Positions 11,660-21,389 of a stretch of DNA of 64,000 bases are shown piece by piece. The notes beneath the pieces were generated by a model. The model did not search any database, was not told where the DNA came from, and worked only from the letters and a program-made list of their open reading frames with translations. The stretch is from contig JAUFOQ010000005.1 of the NCBI GenBank assembly GCA_040285855.1, forward strand, positions 868,001 to 932,000, read 5' to 3'. The position numbers and the translations under genes were made by a program. Source of the DNA: Eukaryota sp. GEM-RC1 (Eukaryota). Each line of letters opens with the position of its first letter. Positions within the stretch are counted from its first letter, which is position 1.

Positions 11660-13606
11660 ATGGCACAGCCACGTAAGTGTTTCACTCGGTCGTGTGCTCT
11701 GAACTCGTTTCTTATACCTTCAGCAGTTCACCAGATTCGGTCTGACATTCCTCATGTCACCGAAGTCTGCCATGAAGCTTCTTTGCTTCTTCATTCTTTC
11801 CTTGTCACTTTCCCTATAGCGGCCAGAGCTATTGCGGAACAGGATGTCTGGTATCTCTTTATGACCGTCATCAACAAAAGTAGCTTTCCTGCTCCTCAAA
11901 CTTCGAAAGGACAAAGGCTTTTGTTGAATGTTTTCTATGATGGTTTTCTTCCAGAGTCCCCTGCTTCTTTTGTTCCTCCTTTTACTTTGGAATACCAAAA
12001 CTTTTTAATTTTTGAGTGGAATTCTGATATACTCACTTATGGGTTACTCCTTCAGAATTTCTTCAACTCCTGGCTAGCCACACAGACCTTTTCTGTGGTG
12101 AATAGCCCTAATCTTTCGCAGTGGTTTACTTGCCGTTCTCGTCAGTTGGCAGCTAATGTTAAGTCTTCTCTGCCCAAAATATCCAGAGCTTGGATTAAAA
12201 ATTTTCTATATGCCCATTGTCGGGTCATTGAGACACCTCGTCAATTTTCTTCGCATCTTCTTTATCTCTTTTATAATCTTCCATTTAATGCTCCTTCTTT
12301 TGTTAATGTTTCCATTGACAATCAGTCTGAAAAAATCTTTTTACTTAACGCTGTCTACTTTATTTTCCATCTTTTCGATCGTTTTCCTGTCTCGGAAGGA
12401 CTTTTATCTTCTGCTGACCACATGAATGTTTCTCCTAAAGAAATTCGTGAATTGTTTATTTTTAACCTATCAATTGCACAAGTCTTAGAAACAAATTTAA
12501 CTAATTTTTCCCATTGTTGGAGACGGCTCCGACTGATCCCTCTAGCTTCTCACAAAGGGTCAAAACTGTTGGATGTACCTCCAAACATCTTCAGAAGCAA
12601 TGGAAGATTCCCTTCAGCTATAGGCACTAAGGCTAATCGATTTTTTATTTTGAACCAGAATTTGAAGAAAATTTTCAAAAATTGTCCACATGAAAAATTC
12701 AAAATGTGGAAGAAAAGTTATAAAAGAAACTACAGAAAGTTAGCTCTCAAATCAAATGGAAATGAGCTTTTGATCACATTTGAACGGACTGAGCCAACAT
12801 TGGAGAAAGAAGGAGAGCCGCCAAAAAAGAAAAAAAGGCGGACAAAACTTGAGATGCAGCAAGATCCTAAAGCCAACTGCATCAAATCCATCAATTTAAA
12901 AGGATCGAAGAAGCAGCCTCGCCGTCGCCCTCCAACTTCTCAGGAGATTATCCCTGAAGGCCCATTAGTGGGTGTGGATCTTGGTCAGTCACGTCTTTGT
13001 GGTTACTATTTGAATGAAGAAAACCACGGACTGATCAAGTGTCCTACAGGCCGCCAGTTTCGAACAAACCCTTCTCCTCTCAAAATGTCACCGAACCAAT
13101 ATTCCGTGCAAAATATTCACCTATATTTGAATCACTGGAATTTGGTAAGAAAACAGGTGTATAAAGAGAGTAACCGGTCGAAGTGGAAGTCGATTAAGTT
13201 CGACAATCGAAGACGCAGAGAACGACGTTTTCGTGAAGCTCTGAATACTTTTCAAGAGATTTCTGGTCATCCAGATGAACTGTATCTGGCTGTTGGCTCA
13301 GCAAACTTTCCTTCCCATTTCAGGAAAGTTAAAAGATATGGATCAGCTCGATGCTTTCGGAAATGGCTGAATCACCAAAAAGGAGTAAAGCACTTTCCCA
13401 CCAGTGAATTCAACACTAGCAAACTGTCAAGCTGCTGTATGTCACTAAACGAAGCAACCAGATGGTGGCAAATGAGAGTCTGTGCCAACTGCCATCAAGT
13501 ATATGACAGAGATGTTTCCGCTGCTAAAAATATTCAGACTAGGAAGAAAGCAGAGTTGTGGCCTGGAAGATATGTCTGTCCTGAGGTAATGTCGAGGAGA
13601 GTCTAA
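11660..13606 (+). CDS. Fanzor (Fanzor1-like) TnpB-derived RNA-guided endonuclease, 648 aa
   Basis: RuvC-I LVGVDLG (D440, codon 12977); LAVGSANF; RuvC-II SEFNTSK (E583, codon 13406) directly before a Zn ribbon (SSCC...CANC); RuvC-III YDRDVSAAKNI (D618, codon 13511). Arg-rich bridge-helix-like segment DNRRRRERRFRE and NLS-like PPKKKKRR. First ATG at 11660 in context CACCATGG; uninterrupted ORF. Confidence 0.9.
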   Translation: MAQPRKCFTRSCALNSFLIPSAVHQIRSDIPHVTEVCHEASLLLHSFLVTFPIAARAIAEQDVWYLFMTVINKSSFPAPQTSKGQRLLLNVFYDGFLPESPASFVPPFTLEYQNFLIFEWNSDILTYGLLLQNFFNSWLATQTFSVVNSPNLSQWFTCRSRQLAANVKSSLPKISRAWIKNFLYAHCRVIETPRQFSSHLLYLFYNLPFNAPSFVNVSIDNQSEKIFLLNAVYFIFHLFDRFPVSEGLLSSADHMNVSPKEIRELFIFNLSIAQVLETNLTNFSHCWRRLRLIPLASHKGSKLLDVPPNIFRSNGRFPSAIGTKANRFFILNQNLKKIFKNCPHEKFKMWKKSYKRNYRKLALKSNGNELLITFERTEPTLEKEGEPPKKKKRRTKLEMQQDPKANCIKSINLKGSKKQPRRRPPTSQEIIPEGPLVGVDLGQSRLCGYYLNEENHGLIKCPTGRQFRTNPSPLKMSPNQYSVQNIHLYLNHWNLVRKQVYKESNRSKWKSIKFDNRRRRERRFREALNTFQEISGHPDELYLAVGSANFPSHFRKVKRYGSARCFRKWLNHQKGVKHFPTSEFNTSKLSSCCMSLNEATRWWQMRVCANCHQVYDRDVSAAKNIQTRKKAELWPGRYVCPEVMSRRV

Positions 13607-13963
13607 TGGAGAGATAGGTAGAAATGATAAACAAAACCACTTTGAGACCGATCTGGGGAAGTATCTATCCCGGTAGATATGTTTGTCAGATCCATTTAGA
13701 TAGATTAAGTCTAAGAAACTTTGTTCTGTGTAATCAGTGTAAGCTGTGTAAGCAGTCGGTCTATCTAAGTGATGTAGCCCGTTGATGAAGATCATGATTG
13801 TCTTTGTCAGATGACGCTATATGTCTCTTACAGCCTGTGAAAACAGGAGTGAATTTCATAATTGGGAGTAAGCAGTTGTAATGAAATTCACAGTAGATAA
13901 TCGTAGTGTAAAGAGTAAAGTGTAAGGCCTAGGCTGAGGAACACACCCTTCTTAACCACCTTT
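13607..13963 (+). ncRNA. Putative Fanzor omegaRNA (scaffold; boundaries approximate)
   Basis: Four consecutive hairpins directly 3' of the Fanzor stop. 13650-13692: GATCTG/CAGATC enclosing GTATCTAT/GTAGATAT. 13693-13706 pairs with 13758-13771 (14 bp, 3 G-U). 13834-13847: CCTGT-GAAA-ACAGG. 13849-13859 pairs with 13881-13891 (perfect 11 bp). Confidence 0.65.
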
Positions 13964-14016
13964 TGTTTAATGTTCTATGATGCCTTCCGATACTAATTAA
14001 GTCAAAGAAGTTAGTA

Positions 14017-15018
14017 CAGTCTTCCCCCGGTTTATGTCCAATTCGGTTTATGTCCAAACTCGGTTTATGTCCAAACTCGGTTTATGTCCGAAATTTTCCT
14101 GTCCGACTTATGTCGATCGATCTTCTTCTCCGTGGATCGTTCATCGACCGATCTCTTTTCTATCGACATATGCAATAAACACGCTTACATTCTATAGTCT
14201 TTGACTTCACATTTGGAGCTCAACTCCAACCTTTCTTCTCTTCACACACTTTCCTCCAGAAGATGTTGTACAAAGAGTCTTCTGTGTTATTTAGACACAC
14301 TTTACACCAGATCACACCACAAATGTCTCACTTCCTTTCTTCTTTTGTTCTCGTCCTCTGTTTTGATGTATATAAGGGTAGGATTGGATGCAGACACAAT
14401 TTGATCTCAAATGGAATATTTTCTGCCGTGACCGGACTATGTCTTTAGTAGAGACGTTTTGCTGGAGGAGGAAGGCACCAAGAACATTAAATGAGCTCAT
14501 ATACCCTCTTAGGGGTTAGAATATCCTTCCTTTTGAACTCAACCACATGATCCTCCTCACCTTTGATGGATTTCGCTGGTATATTTCCGTTTTCATTCCT
14601 TCCACAGCTTTCTACACAACGTTCTCATCTGATTTCCGCTTTCAAATTCGTCCTTTTGGGGAAGATTTTGTCTTCTCCAAGCCTTCTCTTTTGTTATGAT
14701 GCTCCTTCAGTTATCTCAGATGTACTTGCTGTCTTGTGTTATCATAGCTAGATCTTCTTTGTTTGATATAACATCATGAATCATGTCAAATTTGTCAATG
14801 TGTCACTGCCTTATCTTTGAACCCCCTTCTCTCCCGTCTTACTGAGAACGGGAACCCAACAGTATCATCAGTAGAATGGCCCGCATTTTAGCTTTTATTT
14901 CTCATTACAATGAAGACCCATATATATCTGTTCACTCTGCACCGAATCAACCCTCGGTTTATGTCCAAATTCGGTTTATGTCCAGTCCAAGAGGTGGACA
15001 TAAACCGGGGGAAGACTG
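14017..15018. mobile_element. Non-autonomous Tc1/mariner-superfamily (pogo-like) element, 1002 bp
   Basis: Perfect 24-bp TIRs CAGTCTTCCCCCGGTTTATGTCCA (14017-14040 and 14995-15018) with TA on both sides (14015-16, 15019-20). Motif CGGTTTATGTCC reiterated at 14028, 14044, 14061, 14078, 14955 and 14972. No long ORF inside. Confidence 0.9.
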
Positions 15019-15223
15019 TAGATGAACATACAATGTTAGATAATAAAAAAACGGATTTATGTGTGGAGAAAAATACACAACAAGAGAACAACAAATAAAT
15101 ATGTTGGAAAATTGAAATTTATGTCAAAGCGTCTTATAGAATTGAGGACAAAATTAAAGAAACTGACGAAACGTTGACAACTTGCAGTACAACACTAAAA
15201 CCAGCAAGTTTCACTAATTCTAT

Positions 15224-17244
15224 TTAATGAAACTGAAACGAGCTAAGGAAATCCATTAGCTTCAATATAGTACAATGATATAGACAAAGAAGTATCACAG
15301 TGTTACCAAACACCTTATACAATCTACTTCTTCTTTTTCTTCCCTTTCCTTTCCCCTTACCCTTTCCCTTCTTCTCTTTCTTCTTCACCCCAGCACTCAT
15401 CAACCTACTCCCAGGACTAGGCAGGGAAACCAAACATTCAGAGTAACTTCTATCCTCTGGAAACAACAATACACGTTCCAGAGACCTCTGAGCGATAGGG
15501 GAAGATCGGTTTAAATCATTAATCTTATCAATAACTTTCATTGTTTTTGTATTAACTTGGGATGAAGGCGGTGGTCTTGTTGGTAATGCTGGTAGTGCAG
15601 ACTTAATAAAGGCAGTTACATCAAAGGAATCTTCTTCTGGTTCTTCTTCTACTGGTGGAGCTTTCTTCTTGTCGTTCTTCTTGCCTGCTGATGGTTTTGC
15701 TGACGGTTTAGATCCCCCAGCTGATTTCAAGGACTTTCGTTGAGTTGAGACTAATTCTACTAGATCAGGGGTTTTAGGAAGTTCTGTTTGAGAAAGATCG
15801 TTTTTAGAAACAAATCCAGGTCTAGGAGTTATTAACCCCTTCAATTTGATTGATTGCATCATAGGAGCAGCAGCCTTCTGAGTCTTACCACCCTTTTTAG
15901 CTGGAGCAGGAGCCTTGCCGCCTTTTTTACCGTCTTTCTTTCCTCCCTTACCTCCTCCTTGTTCCATTTGAGAAGGAGCAGTCACTGGTCTTGCTACTAT
16001 ATCTACCTCGTGTTCATGAGGAAGGTTACTGAACAAACCCATGTCGTGGAGAGTTGCCTTGGACCTGGCAGTAAAGAGAAACAATCACTGTCAATTGATT
16101 GATTGACCCCCATGACAGTCGCATACGGGGACAAAAACAAATGACCCTCTTTCCTAAACTGTTTTGGCTGAGGAAGCAACTGATTCTCAAGTGAATTCGT
16201 ACTCACATCACGTGACATTTCGTTTTTATCACTCTCTTTCACGTCATCAATATCCTCTTGCTTCACAGTCTGATACCTACTAATCTCAGTGGACAATGGC
16301 CCTCTAATCAGCCCAATGCTGTCCTCAGCAGGTCTACCTTGAACATCCAAAGTAATTGGAGCTCTGGTTAAACCCATACTAGATCTTCTGTGAGAGAACT
16401 CTGCTTGGGGAGGAACTGAAGGGATGTGGGAGTATGACGTGATCAGGGGGTTGTATGATTCAGGTTTGTTGTAGAGAGAGTGACTTTTTCTAATGAATCG
16501 GCTGGAGGTGAACTCTTCTACTTTCGAATCAATGTCTTGATCACGTGTTAGACGGTCAAAATCAATCTGTCGTTGATTGATGATTGAATCTTCAATATCT
16601 TGGTCAATCAATTTTGATTTATCTCCAGTAGTCTGATGATTCGGTCCATAAAGAGAGTTTTGAAACGCAGTTAATCCCAAGTATATACTCTTACTACCAA
16701 GAAACAGTGCTGTTTGATCGTCCTTCTTCTCTTGCTTCTTCCTAAACTGTTCCTCACTACCAGGACCTCTTAGGACATTCTCGATGCGTCCTCTGCTAGT
16801 AACAATGTCACGGAGACGTTCTTCTTTGAGAGCAGCTGTGCGTTCGGGGAATTTACTGAATAGGTCTTTAGTACGGTATCCTTGGAGTTCAGGAGGGGGA
16901 GAGTCAGCTTTGGGTTCAAGTTCAGGAGGGAGCTGAGGAGTGCGAAGTTGTTGTAGTGAAGGTAGGGAGGTGACAAAGGAGCGAGTTTCAGCAAGGGAAG
17001 AAGACGGACGTGGGGGAGTTTGAGAGCGATTAGAGAAGTGAGATGGAGAACGGCTGTGAACAGCAACGGATTTGGTTTGACTAAGTTCATGACTTATACG
17101 ATTAGGTGATGGAGGAGCTTTGGTATTGGCTTTGATTGGAGTGGAAACAGGAGCTTTGGAAGAGAGTTGTTGATATCGATGTCTACGTTCAATTTTTGCC
17201 TTTTCTTCAGGGAATGCAGAGCCCTCCAGAGTCAACTGTTCCAT
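15224..17244 (-). CDS. Hypothetical protein with Ser/Pro-rich N-terminus and Lys/Gly-rich C-terminus; frameshift near 16085
   Basis: Overlapping ORFs 16003-17310 and 15224-16084. Likely ATG at 17244 (CTCAAATG). The true end may be KKKK-stop at 15324-15326 after a second indel. Family not recognised. Confidence 0.65.
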
Positions 17245-17571
17245 TTGAGATGAGGAGGTGTTGAATTGAATAAATTGACAAAAATTATGATGCGGTGTGA
17301 TCTGTTCCACACTTTATCCAATGGCATTGAACGTCTGTGCTGTGTTTATGTTGGATTAAAGGTTTGTGGACTATTGCTTTGTTAGGTTCTACTTCAACTT
17401 CTTCCTCTATTCAAATAGATTATTAAACAGATTCAGTTGATAATATATAATAGAACCAAACAACAGACTATATTGTTTAAACTAGACTAAACACCGGCGA
17501 CATTCTTGGTTTAAACAAGGCCATCAGTGTAATAAATAAAAAACTATGAAATGAAACATCAGAAAACACGA

Positions 17572-19001
17572 CTAAAATCCAAGAATTTCGGATTCTTGAA
17601 AGCTGATCTTTGAACTCTTACTAGTGTATAAGTAATTGATGGACTTCTGCTTGAAAGTTAGTAATCGCTGAAAATGTTGGTTTTTGAAAAACTTGTACTC
17701 ATGACTGTACACCAAACCACATAATAGAGTACAAAGAATTAAAACCACGGGTGTTGTAAACATACTTACGTTCATCAACCTTTGGTCTTGAAAGGTACCA
17801 CAAGGAAACTTGACAACCAAAGAAATAAAGAAAAAAACGAACACGAACATAGATGAAACAATTGCTGAACGTATACTAAAGGAAGTGAAACTAAACCAAA
17901 AGTTGGAACATAAAATTGGGCTGTGAAACTCAAAATATGGTAGTAAAAGACTTGAGCTTGACTCAGAGGTAAGTCAAACAAAGGCTTTTCAAATGATTTC
18001 CTTGAATACCTAAACTTATACCAAAAGAAAGGAAAAATAACATCACAAAAGAATGTTAATAGAAATAACTGAAAAATATAAAGTGCAAAATCGGTGACAA
18101 AACAGACAGAACCAAAGGCAAACGCTAAAATAGGGACAGAAAAGAAATACAATTTTAAAATAAGAAGCATCCAGAGTCTAAACGAGTCTCTTTCAGTAGC
18201 TGGTAAATCAGTAGAAATATGATACAGACAGTTTTTCCCAATAATATCAAACATACAAACAAGGAATGGAACTACGAAGTATCTAAAAGAATTTCTTGAA
18301 GACGAGAAGTCGAGAACAAAAACTAAGTGTACAAAAATAGGCATACTAACGGTCAAAAGGATGGACATCATTATCAAGCCAAACCAATCAAGGTCTGTTT
18401 GATGTATATGCTTTTGCTTAAAAGAGTAAGTCTGTTGATCCAAGCCAAATAAGTTTTTTAGCTTGTTCACAATCTTGTTTTGAATAAACTCAACATCTCT
18501 CTTGGCAATGTAATTCCATCTGTAGCTAAAAATAGCATCAAATGACTCGAAACAAGTTGTACCGTTAATTGTGTTGGAAACATCTTCATTATAGACATAA
18601 GAATAACAGTGTGCTATAGGCATGAAGAAACACACGAAGGAATAGAATAACAAGAATGCAACATTTAATAAACCTAGAGTAGAAAAAGGGAGATAGTTGG
18701 CAAGAACGTAGTCAAGACCTCCACTAGGATGAACAAAGTCTAGTACTATGAGGGTGAACAAAGCCAGGGGAACAAGACTGACAGTGACAAGGTTGAGATG
18801 ATGAAACAAAAGTCCAAAGGAATTTCCAACACTTGCATAATGAAAAGCATACACAAAAGGATGGAAACGATGATCTAAGGAATCTGAAACATTAGAAATG
18901 TAGGGAACGTTGGAGAGAGACGATATAGATTGACTGTGAGATTGATGTGTTGATGTGAAACGGTTGATCGTATGTGGCTGAGGGGACGAATAGGAATGCA
19001 T
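17572..19001 (-). CDS. TMC-domain membrane protein, copy 1 (frameshift near 17850)
   Basis: Motifs IFSYRWNY, CFVTDF, FEKPLFDLP...FYVPTF and PCGTFQ align with TMC-family motifs (VFxxWDY, CWETxVG, KPEFDI...FFxP, CGPF). This copy lacks about 25-30 codons after FYVPTFGLVSLPLVY relative to paralogs. Confidence 0.7.
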
Positions 19002-19942
19002 CTAGACAAACTCAGATGGAGAGTTGTAGAGGGAGAGTTGTACAAAAAGCCACTTGTACGATATGAATCGAATACGTATATGGGAAACAAAAGCTAAGCC
19101 GCAAAACGTTGAAATACAATCCATATAACTAACACAATCCACACAAATTTGGACTTTTCAGAGTACAGTTTACACACAATGAAAGAAATTGTCAGTTGAA
19201 GGAGAAATTCCAGCATATGATTGAACAAAGCAGTAGGATGAGGTGTATTGTATGAATTAAAGTTACGTGGATGTCTTGACAATTAAGGACGAGCAATACG
19301 TTCAAAAAATTGATCATACGCTAATGACATAGGAAAATTAAGGAGTTTTGTCTCCTATTGACGTTGGATCAAAAAGTTTGATCTGTGAGTATTATTAATT
19401 GCGTCATTATGAGACAAGCCCAATTAGTGTTAAAAATATAATGTATTTCGAATTGAAATTATTAACACCAACAACACTTGATTGCAATATGACAACCCAA
19501 TAAACTATGTATTATCAATTCAAATCCATCCAAAAATTATGGTACTATATTTCTTTTACTAAAGTTAGAGATCAGGAAGGGTAAGTTCATTAAGAGTCAC
19601 AACTCTTTGATAACTTCGGAGAAAACATGTTAAACAATGTACACCTTCCGACTTCGAAAGAGAATGTTGTCAAACAATAGGAATTTAAAGATGACGGGAT
19701 TACAGAGATAAGAAGAGTGTGAGAAGGTGTGCTATAAGTGGATCAGAAGAATAAACTGTCATAACGGCTTGTAAAAAACCATCATCTCCGAGGTCATTTA
19801 TTATGTGTTAACAATGTAGTGTTGTCCAAATGGTATAATTAAATGTTGATGGGAGTATGGGTTCGACAAGTTCATGGTACTTTTGCACCACTAATAATCT
19901 CAACTTTGACACTCTCAAGATTGCGATCGTATCATTCTTTAG

Positions 19943-21389
19943 ATGTCTTCAAATCCATCTTCTCGGCCATCAACAGTTGACGATTCCTTTTCAACTCAGT
20001 CTCAAATTGAATCTTCCGCCCACATAGATTCTGTGACTACATATGATCCCTCTTTTCCCGATGAACTCGAGCATTTAAGTCTAAAACCTCTGTTCCGTCA
20101 TTTCTTCCAGATCGTCCTCACACTGACACCTGTGTTTTGCATTTCTCTGATCACACTCGTTGAGACTGATTCTCTACCACTTAATCTTGCGGTTACAATA
20201 GTAGTTTGTTTCGTACCATCTTTTGGTGTTATTTCTTTTGTTCACTCATATGTTAACTGTGAAGATGTCGCCAACAAAGCAAACAATTTGGATTCTTTAC
20301 AATATTTAAATGCTGTTTTTAGTTACAGGTGGGACTATGTGACTGAACTTGATGCGAAGTTTATTCAAAGCAAAATTTTAAATCAACTTAAGGAATTTTT
20401 AGAGCCTGAGAAAGCGTCTAAATCATCTGACGAGGATGTTACTGATCCTAGAAAAGATATGAGGTTTGATGTATATTGGTTTTTCTTTTATTCATTGATT
20501 TTGTCATCAGTACAGCTTTTGCCATTTGTACTCTTAGACGAGTTTTTTCCCTCAAATCATTTCTCTCTTATGGTAATCCACTTATTTTCTTAGTTATTTC
20601 TCTTTGGGTTTGTCTATTCAATGTTTTTGGAAGAAAAATGATTTACGGCGGTACTTCTCATTTTAGTTATCGCCTTCCTGAGAGAGATTCTCTTAGAATG
20701 TGGTTTCTGATTTTTCTAAAATTGTTATTCTTTTCTATCCCTATACTGATTTTACTTAAGGACTCTACTTGCTTTCCTACTGATTTTGGTTTCTATGTCT
20801 CAAGTTTATTTGTATTAACGTTCTTATTTGATGTTATTTTTCCTTTCTTTCGGTACAAGTTTATATCCTCAAAAAGTCATTTGAAAAGCCTTTGTTTGAC
20901 TTACCTCTGACTCAAGCTAAACTCTTTTACTACAATGTTTTGAGTTTCACAGCTCAATTTTATGTTCCAACTTTTGGGTTAGTTTCACTTCCTTTAATGA
21001 TCATTTTTTCCATTCACTTGTCTCACAGTATAACTCATTGTTCACGTTCACCTTCAGCTACTTACACTTTGGATCAATGGAAAAGTTGTTATCTTGTATC
21101 TGGTCTAATTTCTTTCTCCTATTTGTTCATCTTTTTCTTTATTTCTTTAGTGGTGAAATTTCAGTGTGGTCCTTTTAAAGAACAAAGGTTGATGAACGTT
21201 AGTGTATTTACAAATCCTGTTTGGTTGGTTCTTGGTGCTGTTGTTTGGTCATGGTTGGCTCAAACCGAAGGAAAACAATCATATGATAAACAAATCAACA
21301 AAATTCTGAAGTTCCGTCATGGGTCAACGAGTATATTGTATGAAGCTTCTAAGAGAAGTTATGCGAAATCGAAATTTCATGGTAGCTAG
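19943..21389 (+). CDS. TMC-domain membrane protein, copy 2 (two frameshifts)
   Basis: Three overlapping ORFs: VFSYRWDY, CFPTDFG, FDLPLTQAK, QCGPFK; ends SKFHGS. Confidence 0.75.

Noticed and set aside
11639..13606. Bacterial IS200/IS605 or IS607 TnpB from contamination
   Set aside because: No TnpA or serine recombinase nearby, the protein is larger than typical TnpB, it has an NLS-like motif and Fanzor-type RuvC-II placement, and it is embedded among eukaryotic genes.
13445..13795. 116-aa antisense ORF across the Fanzor 3' end
   Set aside because: No recognisable motif; overlaps the RuvC-III coding region and the hairpins, so most likely incidental.
11331..13934. CCTAGGC at 11332 and 13928 as the TSD or ends of the Fanzor element
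   Set aside because: Only 7 bp, CCTAGG also occurs at 11536, and no terminal structure adjoins it; cannot be distinguished from chance.
14028..14090. CGGTTTATGTCC repeats next to an RNA-guided nuclease as a CRISPR array
   Set aside because: Period is only 16-17 bp with no unique spacers; the repeats are subterminal copies of the TIR of the TA-flanked element.
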